Positions 56,107 to 64,000 of a stretch of DNA of 64,000 nt are shown in pieces. This DNA comes from an uncultured Gammaproteobacteria bacterium (GTDB taxonomy: Bacteria; Patescibacteriota; Microgenomatia; UBA1406; HO2-37-13b). The stretch spans positions 193-64,192 of the forward strand of contig CAZTFB010000004.1 in the NCBI GenBank assembly GCA_964612595.1. Direction: 5' to 3'. The notes beneath the pieces were generated by a model. The model searched no databases and was not told the DNA's origin. It was given only the letters and a program-made list of their open reading frames with translations. How positions within the stretch are numbered: position 1 is the stretch's first letter; every line of letters starts with the position of its first letter. Both the position numbers and the translations under genes were made by a program.

Positions 56107-56308
56107 AATACTTTTAGCGATGAATCGCTACCAATATACTATCCATCCATACATGCAGAGTGTAAACGTGCAAAAAAAATAGCCCTGACTAGGATAAACT
56201 GCAAAAGCGTATCTTCATCAAAGCTAATAGAATAATTATAACATAGTACTATAGGATGTCAAGTAGACTTGAGCTCAAAAAGGTTTAAACCTAGCCGAAA
56301 CTTGAGTC

Positions 56309-56362
56309 AAAATAAGTCCCAACTTCGTTCACTAGCCCCTGCTGTTTGGTTATAATTGTCTT
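56309..56362 (+). promoter_or_regulatory. Promoter cassette copy A (AAAATAAGTCC...AGCCCCTG...TATAAT)
   Basis: TATAAT at 56351-56356 lies 6 nt before ATG 56363. About 39 of 48 aligned positions are identical to copy B by my hand alignment. Confidence 0.55.
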
Positions 56363-56749
56363 ATGCGAAAGAAACCTCAAATAATTGAAGATGTTGGATT
56401 TGATTTTCATTGGGATGTAGAAAAGGTATGGAAACTTAATATTCCCACTGAAGAAATCTCTAATGATGAGCTTACATGGCATTTTAATGTTCCATTTCTT
56501 TGGTCAAAACCTGATGGTTACTATGATTTAAAGCCTCAAGATGTGATAGATCATCCAGACATGTATAAAGATGAATATGCTCGAACTATGAATGTGGATT
56601 TGAGCTATCCGATTGATATTATGCATTGGAGAGGAAAATGGCTTATCTTGGACGGATTACATAGACTCATGAAGGCGAATATTGACCAACTGAAGTCTGT
56701 GAAAGTCAGAAAAGTAGATAAAAAATATATCCATCAGATTGAAAAATAA
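56363..56749 (+). CDS. Small protein with ParB/sulfiredoxin-like DGxHR motif
   Basis: 128 aa. WRGKWLILDGLHRLMKA resembles the ParB-N-like DGhHRl core. This is weak, single-motif evidence. Confidence 0.35.
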   Translation: MRKKPQIIEDVGFDFHWDVEKVWKLNIPTEEISNDELTWHFNVPFLWSKPDGYYDLKPQDVIDHPDMYKDEYARTMNVDLSYPIDIMHWRGKWLILDGLHRLMKANIDQLKSVKVRKVDKKYIHQIEK

Positions 56750-56794
56750 GTCCGTACTTCATGCACCAGCCCCTGTATTTGCTATAATCACGAT
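56743..56794 (+). promoter_or_regulatory. Promoter cassette copy B
   Basis: TGCTATAAT, with TATAAT at 56783-56788, lies 6 nt before ATG 56795. The cassette begins at the stop codon of the upstream ORF. Confidence 0.55.
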
Positions 56795-57133
56795 ATGATC
56801 CTCACTCAAAACACTCCATTTACTCTAGAACAAATCGACCAACTAAAAGAACAGTTTGAAGTATATATAAAAACTGTCATTGATATTGAAAAGAGGATAT
56901 GTTCGGCTGGAATGGATCGCCATTTTGAAGGAGAGGCAATTTTATTGGATCAAGGCTCGCAGCAGAGCGATATATGGGGTGGGGGCATTGATTTAGAAAC
57001 GAAAGAAATAGACTACAATTCATTCGTTAATATAAGACCACAGGACAACAATACAAAAAACGAAATTCAGAGTGAAGTGATTAAGAAGAAATATAAGGAA
57101 CTAACTGAATATTTTTTTCAACAAATATTATGA
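56795..57133 (+). CDS. DUF5674-like small protein
   Basis: 112 aa. YIKTVIDIEKRICSAGMDRHFEGEAILLDQGSQQSDIWGGG...FVNIRPQDNN matches my memory of DUF5674. This was not verified. Confidence 0.45.
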   Translation: MILTQNTPFTLEQIDQLKEQFEVYIKTVIDIEKRICSAGMDRHFEGEAILLDQGSQQSDIWGGGIDLETKEIDYNSFVNIRPQDNNTKNEIQSEVIKKKYKELTEYFFQQIL

Positions 57134-57417
57134 CAAACAGTGGAGGTGATACAAAAATGCTTATAGGCTCACTCTCCAATGACTTGTTTAGAGTGGCCAG
57201 TCTTTCGCAGAGAGGATCAAGCCAAGCTGCACAAAAATTTCTTATCGAGGCAAAGCGCTGGGCATTACCATTAAAGAACCATACAACTCCAAAATACATT
57301 TCAAATATTGTTCGTGACATCTCTAGTAGAACCGATTCGGATATTTCACTTGCATCTGCTGAAAAATACTTGATGTATGGCATTCTGCTTCAGAACTATA
57401 CATTACATGCAAAATAA
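57130..57417 (+). CDS. 95-aa hypothetical protein
   Basis: An ATGA overlap with the upstream ORF implies coupling. It looks helical and I recognise no family. Confidence 0.35.
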   Translation: MTNSGGDTKMLIGSLSNDLFRVASLSQRGSSQAAQKFLIEAKRWALPLKNHTTPKYISNIVRDISSRTDSDISLASAEKYLMYGILLQNYTLHAK

Positions 57418-57433
57418 ATACCTAGTATGATAT

Positions 57434-57868
57434 GTGCATATGGAACATGAGCGTATTGGCGTTTGCATTATTGTTTTAGACAAAGAAAACCGAGTTCTTC
57501 TTGGCAAGAGAATAAATAGCTACAAATCTGGAATGCTTGGCATGCCCGGAGGGCGACTCGAATTCGATGAACCTCTTGAAGAGTGTGGAAAAAGAGAGTT
57601 ATTAGAAGAAACGTCACTTCATGCAAAAAACCTTCATTATGTAGGCGTTGTGAGAGAGTTACAAGAAGGCTACAATTATATTCACTTTGTCTTTTCTTGC
57701 AGAGAGTATACAGGTTTTCCTCAAACAATAGAACCAAAGAAATGCGAAGGTTGGGAGTGGTATCCGCTCGATAGTCTTCCAGACATTGTGGTGCCAGGAC
57801 ATCGAGCAGCTCTTGAACTCTATCTCACCTCGAGTATAACTGTTAAAGAGCTACTAGCAGTGGAATAA
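57434..57868 (+). CDS. NUDIX hydrolase (second copy)
   Basis: The Nudix box is GMPGGRLEFDEPLEECGKRELLEETSL. Confidence 0.8.
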   Translation: MHMEHERIGVCIIVLDKENRVLLGKRINSYKSGMLGMPGGRLEFDEPLEECGKRELLEETSLHAKNLHYVGVVRELQEGYNYIHFVFSCREYTGFPQTIEPKKCEGWEWYPLDSLPDIVVPGHRAALELYLTSSITVKELLAVE

Positions 57869-57946
57869 TAATTTGCTGAATTCTGACACCCTCTAGTTCT
57901 CTTGCCCTGCGTTTCACCCTAAGCTATCCTGTATAATTTTATTACA

Positions 57947-58426
57947 ATGACGCGTTACTTGCTTATAGCTGTTCTTATTGTTCTAGGCTTTACATTGACG
58001 TTAACACAACAGGCGCATGCCGATTCCCATCAAGAAGAAAATTCTATTGGTTTATCAAATGTCCGCGAATTATATAGGGATCTTGGTCCAGTAAAGCTCT
58101 TTAATCTTATGCTCACCCCGAAATCAAAGAGGGGAGTTTATTATCATTACGTATCTGAAAACGCAGCAAAAACATGCGAAGCACCAAATGCATGGTATTT
58201 TGAAGGACTCCTCGAAGATGATATATGTCAACAAATGAAGGCAAATGGGCTTAATGTAGTATGTAACACCGCTTGTCCCGACAATCGTAGAACAGGCATA
58301 AAATGTGGACTCGCACATGAGTGCTGTCGGCCAGCTGATACACCTGAGGAAACTATTGAGAAACTCTTTCCGTTTAGGTGTTCGCCAGACGGTACAAGCA
58401 GCGGTATTCAATATTGTTCATTCTGA
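57947..58426 (+). CDS. Secreted cysteine-rich small protein
   Basis: The signal peptide is MTRYLLIAVLIVLGFTLTLTQQAHA|D. The ~134-aa mature part contains 9 Cys, including the CC and CNTAC clusters. Confidence 0.5.
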   Translation: MTRYLLIAVLIVLGFTLTLTQQAHADSHQEENSIGLSNVRELYRDLGPVKLFNLMLTPKSKRGVYYHYVSENAAKTCEAPNAWYFEGLLEDDICQQMKANGLNVVCNTACPDNRRTGIKCGLAHECCRPADTPEETIEKLFPFRCSPDGTSSGIQYCSF

Positions 58427-58485
58427 GTAGGTATATGCGTGAGAACAACATTGAAGCGCCGTAGACGAGTATTAGAATCAAATAC

Positions 58486-61400
58486 TTACTTTGCGTCACT
58501 TTTCTGATAAAACGTATAGTACAAAACAGGCACCAAGAAAAGTTTTATTATCCCCGAGAATAATAGCCCTGCAATAATAGCTCCTCCAAGACCTTGCCAT
58601 AGCGGATCAGCAAGCGTTATTGGAATTAATCCAAAAATAGTTGCGAGCGACGTTAAAACAACTGGCTCCAAACGATTCCCAGCCGCATCGACAATCGCGT
58701 TTTCAAGCGATAGACCTTCTTTTCTATTGTCATTTATCTTTTCAATAACCACAATTGCATGAGTGACGACAATGCCAAAGAGTGCCAATATACCAATCAA
58801 CGCAGGGAAAGAAAGGGGAATACCTGTTAATCCAAAGATGTAAAACACACCCGCAATCGAAACAGGAATAATAAGTAATGCAAGGAATGCTTGTCTAAAC
58901 GATTGAAATTCGATAATCATCGTTATCACAATCAAGAGCGCCGAAAGAATCATCGCTTGAAGAATAGATTGGACAGATTTTTGATTTTCTTCATTCACCC
59001 CTCCGGTTTTCCAAGAATAGCCTTCAGGAAAAGAATACTGTTCCGCAAACTTTACAAGGTTTCCATTCAGTTGATTTACATTAAATCCTTTAGCAGCACC
59101 TGCATATACCGATAACGTTCGCTGCCCATTTTCACGTGTAATTTTCGTAGGATTGTTTTCAAGTTGTATCGTGCCTAATGCAGATAATGGAATGTAATTT
59201 CCTTTGTGTGGAATTGATAATGACTGAATATCTTCAGGTGTCAAACGCTCATAGAAAATCCATTCAACGGGTACGTCATCAGATTGTTGGCGCAGTGTAT
59301 CAAGTTCTATCCCACTCGCATAGGTACGCAGCCACAAACCAATGGTACCCATCGAAATATTGTGCTCTGCCAAAGCATCCATATCTGGTCTAAATACGAG
59401 TTTACCTGTTCCTGATTGCACGCTTCTATTTGGATTTATGATGCCCTCCTGTTTTTCCAGATATGCAGTAAAATCATCAGCAATCGCACTCAAAGTGGTA
59501 AGGTTCTCGCCAATCAAATTAATCTGCACATCAGCTCCAGCTGGAGGTCCACCCGATACTTCCTGTACGAGCAGGGTGCCATTTGGATAGTTTTTTAGTG
59601 TCTTTCTCAAATCTTCAGCAATATCCTGCGATGTGCGCACGCGTTCATCACGATCTTCAAGCGTTACTGTAGCCAACATAGCATTATTTTTTTGCGCTCT
59701 TCCTTGCTGTGCATCAAAGGTAGCGCCTGTTTCGATCGTTACAAAAAGTGCTTCTGGCACAGTCCTCAGCGTTTCAGCAAATTGAATTGATTCAGTATTG
59801 AGATGTTCAAGCGATGTACCAGCGGGTAGTTCGAGAGAAACATACAATAGATTTTCATCCGTCTTTGGAAAAAACTCGGACTTTACCAATCCACTACCAA
59901 CAAGTACATACGCGACAACTACAAAAGCGAGGATAGCACACAATGTTTGAAGCCGCTTTGTTCGAGAACGAAGTATAGAGCGAATAAGCACCATATATTT
60001 CTGTGCTATTGTCTCAAGCTGAATAATACCGGATTCAGAATATGTACTAATTATGTTTGAGAATGGTTTGAAGATCCTTCGTAATTTTTTTGTACGTGAA
60101 AACACACCAGCTTTTAATATGTTTCTACTAAGAAAACCAAAATAGAATACACACAAAGCTATAACATAGGAATACACAGCCACCGGTGAATTTGGGATAA
60201 GAGCAGCTGTGATAATGATGAGAGCTACAATACTAAGATATTTCCCCATACGCACAACACGGGCAGGTATCTTAAGGTCAAGAAAGACCATCATAAGTGG
60301 TATTGTGATAAAAGTTGCAATAGTTGTTGAAGAAAGCATCGTTGCCGTAACCACAATTGGAATAGGTTTGATAAATTCTCCAATAATCCCGGATGATAAA
60401 AGAAGCGGTACAAAGGCCCAAATTGTTGTAACAGTTGTAGACCACAAAGGAATGATGAAATCTTTCCACACAAGTATGGCCGATTCATACGCTGAAAATT
60501 TGCCCGTCTTATAGTAGCGCGTCATTGCAGCGACAACAACGATGGTATCGTCAATAAGCAGCCCAAGAGAAAGTAACAGGGCAAACATAGTTAAAAAGTT
60601 CAGTGTTAAGCCAAGCCCATGAATTATGGTAAATGCTGATAGAAAGGTGAGAGGTATTGTTAATGATGCAATCAGTGCTTGGCGAAGACCAAGAAATACG
60701 AAAAGCAACCCAAATACCAGAAGAAGTGTTGATCGAAATTCTCCAAACAACTCGTTGAACTGTTTTGAAATATCATTAGCGGTATTCATAGTTGTTTTAA
60801 GTTTGAATTGATCCTTCTCCTGTGCAAGCATACGATCCACCACAATTTTGGTATCTGCCGCTGCTGCATCAATGTTTGCACCTGAGGTTTTATAAACAAA
60901 AAACGAGATTGAGCGCGAAGGTTTTTTTTCTCGATCTGCGAAAATACTTAGCGGCTCATCTTTTCGCGCCTGTAGTGAAACCTTCGCAATGTCTCCTAGC
61001 TTTATTGAGTGTCCCTCATTTTGGATACGCATAGATCGCACATCATCTACAGACTGAATTTGTGCGTTGATGGCAAGTGAATACGATAATGTCTCTGTTG
61101 TAACTAACCCAGCGGGATACGAATGGGTTTGTGCCTTTATTGCTTGAGATAAAGAGAATGGATCTAAGTTATACTCTGATAGTTTTTCTGGATTAAACAA
61201 AACCTGGATATATTCTTTCTCCTGTCCAGCCGTCACCACACGACTAACTTTCGGTAGCGCATCAATAGCTTTTTCTAATCGCTTACCAAAACGCATGAGC
61301 GATGCATCGTCTTGTTCGGTATAAATGATAAAACTCCAGAATGGTTGATCCTCGAAATCCACAACTTTTACAGAAGGGCTTGTTGCATCCTCTGGCAAAT

Positions 61401-61821
61401 CATTAACCGCTGAAACGGCTTTATCAACTTCATTAAGTGCCTTATCTGGATCTGTGTCTGAGGTAAATAATAGTGATATCGCCGATACATTTTCAGACGA
61501 AATTGAACTCAGTGTGTCAGTGCCTTTAATATTACTTAGCTCATCTTCAAGTGGAATCGTAATGAGCGACTCAATATCTTCCGGCGTACCACCAGGAAGA
61601 GCGGTAACCACTGTCACAATAGGGATCTTAATTTCTGGATTCAATCGTCGGGGAAGTTGGAAGAAGCTCACCGTACCAAGTAAACAGATCGACAAAATAA
61701 ACAAAATGACAAATCTTACCTGTGCAATATAACGGGCTTGAAAACTCGAAAATAGCTTTGTATCAAATGAAAGTGAATTCAGATATGATACAGATTCAGA
61801 TATTTTTTTCTTAATTGGCAT
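58486..61821 (-). CDS. RND-family efflux transporter permease
   Basis: 1111 aa with a 12-TM, two-large-loop AcrB-type layout. It has the N-terminal FFQLPRRLNPEIKIPIVTVVTALPGGTPEDIE and the repeated TM blocks LGLLIDDTIVV and FGIVVTHAIVVIE. Confidence 0.85.
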   Translation of the reverse strand: MPIKKKISESVSYLNSLSFDTKLFSSFQARYIAQVRFVILFILSICLLGTVSFFQLPRRLNPEIKIPIVTVVTALPGGTPEDIESLITIPLEDELSNIKGTDTLSSISSENVSAISLLFTSDTDPDKALNEVDKAVSAVNDLPEDATSPSVKVVDFEDQPFWSFIIYTEQDDASLMRFGKRLEKAIDALPKVSRVVTAGQEKEYIQVLFNPEKLSEYNLDPFSLSQAIKAQTHSYPAGLVTTETLSYSLAINAQIQSVDDVRSMRIQNEGHSIKLGDIAKVSLQARKDEPLSIFADREKKPSRSISFFVYKTSGANIDAAAADTKIVVDRMLAQEKDQFKLKTTMNTANDISKQFNELFGEFRSTLLLVFGLLFVFLGLRQALIASLTIPLTFLSAFTIIHGLGLTLNFLTMFALLLSLGLLIDDTIVVVAAMTRYYKTGKFSAYESAILVWKDFIIPLWSTTVTTIWAFVPLLLSSGIIGEFIKPIPIVVTATMLSSTTIATFITIPLMMVFLDLKIPARVVRMGKYLSIVALIIITAALIPNSPVAVYSYVIALCVFYFGFLSRNILKAGVFSRTKKLRRIFKPFSNIISTYSESGIIQLETIAQKYMVLIRSILRSRTKRLQTLCAILAFVVVAYVLVGSGLVKSEFFPKTDENLLYVSLELPAGTSLEHLNTESIQFAETLRTVPEALFVTIETGATFDAQQGRAQKNNAMLATVTLEDRDERVRTSQDIAEDLRKTLKNYPNGTLLVQEVSGGPPAGADVQINLIGENLTTLSAIADDFTAYLEKQEGIINPNRSVQSGTGKLVFRPDMDALAEHNISMGTIGLWLRTYASGIELDTLRQQSDDVPVEWIFYERLTPEDIQSLSIPHKGNYIPLSALGTIQLENNPTKITRENGQRTLSVYAGAAKGFNVNQLNGNLVKFAEQYSFPEGYSWKTGGVNEENQKSVQSILQAMILSALLIVITMIIEFQSFRQAFLALLIIPVSIAGVFYIFGLTGIPLSFPALIGILALFGIVVTHAIVVIEKINDNRKEGLSLENAIVDAAGNRLEPVVLTSLATIFGLIPITLADPLWQGLGGAIIAGLLFSGIIKLFLVPVLYYTFYQKSDAK

Positions 61822-61828
61822 GGAAATA

Positions 61829-63259
61829 TTATTTCGAAACGATAACAGGTGTTCCCTCTATAACAGATCTATCAAGAATGATTTTTTCATTGCTTGGTAG
61901 ACCAGAAACCTGTATCAGTGATCCGAACACGGTTCCCAACTGAACCTTTTGAGCCTTAGCTTTTCCATCTCTCACGACAAAAACAAATGAAGATGAGGCG
62001 GTTTGGTGAACAGCATCTATGGGAATATAGGGTGTTACTGGAGTACTTTCGCTCACAGTTGATAAGGTAAGATCAACAGTCGCATGATCGTTATCGGTAA
62101 CTTTGCTGATATAGCTGTCTGGAAGATTAAAGTACACAGCATAAAGACCTGTGTCCACGGCATCTGTTGAAATGTAATAGGGTACAAGTGATATGTTCTC
62201 GCCATGAATCAAAATACGCGATGGTACTTCTTTCGAAATTCTTTGTGCAAGATCCCTGCTTACATAGGCAGTTAATGTGATGGGGTCATCTTTAGTCTGT
62301 GCCACTATTGCAAGGGGCGTGCCAGGATTGACCACTTCGCCTTCTTTGACGAATACGCGCTGAACAACACCGGCAAAAGGTGCCGCTGGTGTCGTCATCC
62401 CTTCACTAATGCGTGCTAATGAAAGCTGAAGTCGACTTACTTCTTTTTGTACATCAAGCATTTTTGCCTGTAGGTCTAGCTGTTTAACTGCGATATCACG
62501 CTGAAGCTGTGAAAGTTCTGCGGGTTTTTTATCATCCGCAGACTGATATTCAGCCTGTTTTAAAGCGCTCGTTGTTTGATTTTGTGCAGCCAAAAACTGA
62601 CTTTTTACTTGTTTAGTTGCTAGTATAAGATCGGCGTTCGTAACGGGATCTGCTTCTAAAACGGCTATGTTTGAGTCAAGTTTGGAGAGGATGGAGCTGT
62701 TTAGTGAAATAAGATCCTTAGTACCACTAAGTGAGTCTCTCGTAATTTGACGAAGATCTGCAGCTTGTGCATCTAATTTTTGAGCGCTCTCTTTTTGCTT
62801 ATTTATTATTTCTTTTTGTGATTCGTAAGTATCTAAAACCTGTTGATACTGTGCTGCTGCAAGCTGTCTCTGAGCACTAAAAGCATTGCCGCCATGATAG
62901 TTTGAAGCTAACCTCATAATTATTGCGCCTTTAGCTACAGAAGCGCCCTCACGGAAATTTATTTTTTGCACTATACCCGAGGTGAGCGCAACAATTTTTA
63001 CGACACCTGATTTTTCGATTTCTCCGGTCACGGTAACGTGCGGCGCACCACCGAGTTCATACACCTGCACAGTATGTGGTAATACCTCTGTTTCCTTTGT
63101 CTCTTGGGCTGGCTTCCTCAACATGTTACCCACAATAATGAGAAGCACGAGTAAGGCAAGTGAAGAATAGAAAAAAAACAGTGGCTTTTGATTAATTTTT
63201 TTCTTGAGAATAGTTGCTTTTTTATTTATGTTAAGACCGATAGTTTTAAGTTTTTTCAT
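61829..63259 (-). CDS. Efflux periplasmic adaptor (HlyD/MFP family)
   Basis: 476 aa. It has an N-terminal TM, lipoyl-like halves (GIVQKINFREGASVAKGAIIMRL and VFVKEGEVVNPGTPLAIV) and a long Q/A/L-rich coiled coil. It lies immediately upstream of the RND gene. Confidence 0.8.
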   Translation of the reverse strand: MKKLKTIGLNINKKATILKKKINQKPLFFFYSSLALLVLLIIVGNMLRKPAQETKETEVLPHTVQVYELGGAPHVTVTGEIEKSGVVKIVALTSGIVQKINFREGASVAKGAIIMRLASNYHGGNAFSAQRQLAAAQYQQVLDTYESQKEIINKQKESAQKLDAQAADLRQITRDSLSGTKDLISLNSSILSKLDSNIAVLEADPVTNADLILATKQVKSQFLAAQNQTTSALKQAEYQSADDKKPAELSQLQRDIAVKQLDLQAKMLDVQKEVSRLQLSLARISEGMTTPAAPFAGVVQRVFVKEGEVVNPGTPLAIVAQTKDDPITLTAYVSRDLAQRISKEVPSRILIHGENISLVPYYISTDAVDTGLYAVYFNLPDSYISKVTDNDHATVDLTLSTVSESTPVTPYIPIDAVHQTASSSFVFVVRDGKAKAQKVQLGTVFGSLIQVSGLPSNEKIILDRSVIEGTPVIVSK

Positions 63260-63357
63260 AGGGGAAGAGTATACATTACTATGAACCCAAGTTCAAGCCT
63301 ATAGGAACACTTTTCGTTCCTACCTATTACTACTTAACGGCATGTACAATAGTGTGT

Positions 63358-63957
63358 ATGCTGAAAAACCTACTACATCTCATCCGCAAAATTGGCGTCA
63401 AGCTTGCATATACAAAAACGTTTATGTCAAATAATGCACGCTACAAAATTGGAAAGCATACTTATGGGGTACCACTTGTTTTCGACGCAAATAAATCAAG
63501 CACGTTAACTATTGGTGACTTTACCTCAATTTCAGACAACGTGCGCATTTTTCTCGATGGAGAACATCGAACTGACTGGGTATCAATGTATCCACCACGC
63601 GGATTTAACATTACCCATGGAACTTATTTGAAGACAACAGAAGGTCACCCGCGATCCAAAGGTAATGTAACTATCGGTAATGACGTGTGGTTGGCCTACG
63701 GCGTTACCATACTGTCTGGTGTCACTATCCATGATGGCGCTGTTGTAGGTGCTGGTGCAGTCGTAACTAAAGACGTCCCAGCGTACGCAATCGTCGCTGG
63801 AAATCCAGCGAGAATAGTTCGCTATAGATTTTCCGAAGACGTCATAAAGAAACTGTTGCAAATTAAATGGTGGGAATGGGATAAGTCAAAGATCGAGAAG
63901 AATATAAACTTACTACTTTCATCCAATATTAATGACTTTGTTGAAAAATTTTCATAG
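63358..63957 (+). CDS. Xenobiotic (CatB/Vat-type) hexapeptide O-acetyltransferase
   Basis: HTYG...[28 protein letters not shown]...[60 protein letters not shown] 63358 lies 7 nt after TGTACAAT. The track starts at GTG 63352. Confidence 0.8.
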   Translation: MLKNLLHLIRKIGVKLAYTKTFMSNNARYKIGKHTYGVPLVFDANKSSTLTIGDFTSISDNVRIFLDGEHRTDWVSMYPPRGFNITHGTYLKTTEGHPRSKGNVTIGNDVWLAYGVTILSGVTIHDGAVVGAGAVVTKDVPAYAIVAGNPARIVRYRFSEDVIKKLLQIKWWEWDKSKIEKNINLLLSSNINDFVEKFS

Positions 63958-64000
63958 TTCTCCCGACCAACAACAGGCGCTCGATACAATCCTCGCATGG
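63932..64000 (+). CDS. 5' end of an ORF running off the window (possibly helicase-like)
   Basis: My translation gives [23 protein letters not shown]. The 's.dQ..Al..i' opening recalls RecD/PcrA-type helicases. Only 23 codons are visible. Confidence 0.2.
   Translation, partial: MTLLKNFHSSPDQQQALDTILAW

Noticed and set aside
55019-56362. Classical tRNA-targeted genomic island with att duplication
   Set aside because: I looked for a second copy of the tRNA-Trp 3' end (TTCGATTCCCTCCACCCCT) flanking the insertion and found none, and there is no integrase. I therefore report it only as a compositional insertion.
1-64000. CRISPR arrays, rRNA genes, transposases, integrases and prophage genes
   Set aside because: I saw no regularly spaced direct repeats, no rRNA-like conserved stretches, and no ORF with DDE, tyrosine or serine recombinase or phage structural motifs.
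1-64000. Alternative genetic code (UGA recoding, as in some candidate phyla)
   Set aside because: Many full-length, well-conserved ORFs end at TGA, for example at 6604, 11662 and 33851. The Trp tRNA has anticodon CCA, not UCA.

Overview
This is a compact, AT-rich bacterial window. My hand counts of single 60-nt lines give roughly 28-45% GC in most places. The genetic code is standard: TGA ends normal-length ORFs and tRNA-Trp has anticodon CCA. I call about 70 genes and 2 tRNAs, and I saw no rRNA, CRISPR array, transposase or integrase. Housekeeping genes are scattered through the window: lepA (partial), pyk, galE, a rhomboid protease, miaA, mscL, gmd, an AlkD-like repair gene and an RND efflux pair. 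About 45 of the 64 kb forms one dispersed glycoconjugate-assembly super-locus. It holds five PMT/ArnT-like GT-C enzymes, two larger AftD/YfhO-like membrane proteins, a Wzy/O-antigen-ligase-like protein and four MOP/Wzx flippase domains, one fused to a GT2. It also holds at least 11 GT2/GT4 domains, three methyltransferases and several nucleotide-sugar branches. These branches are a CDP-3,6-dideoxyhexose pathway with a textbook E1 dehydrase, an FdtA/C/B-like 3-acetamido-sugar cassette, GDP-mannose dehydratase and UDP-hexose epimerases. The gene content and style suggest an uncultivated small-genome lineage such as Patescibacteria/CPR: many PMT_2-like genes, DUF5674/DUF5678-type small proteins and TATAAT boxes 5-7 nt from start codons. 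That placement is inference only. The most unusual items are these. (1) A ~1-kb, ~60-70% GC single-gene insertion next to tRNA-Trp encodes a shortened serpin-like protein with its own SD, terminator and palindrome. (2) The glycosylation locus is unusually large and redundant, and includes uncharacterised GT-C-like proteins and a GT2-flippase fusion. (3) The E1 dehydrase operon has no E3 reductase. (4) A tRNA-Arg ends 2 nt before the ATG of the next gene. (5) A ~50-bp promoter cassette is duplicated in front of two small genes. (6) A DUF5678/retropepsin pair overlaps across an A8 tract.
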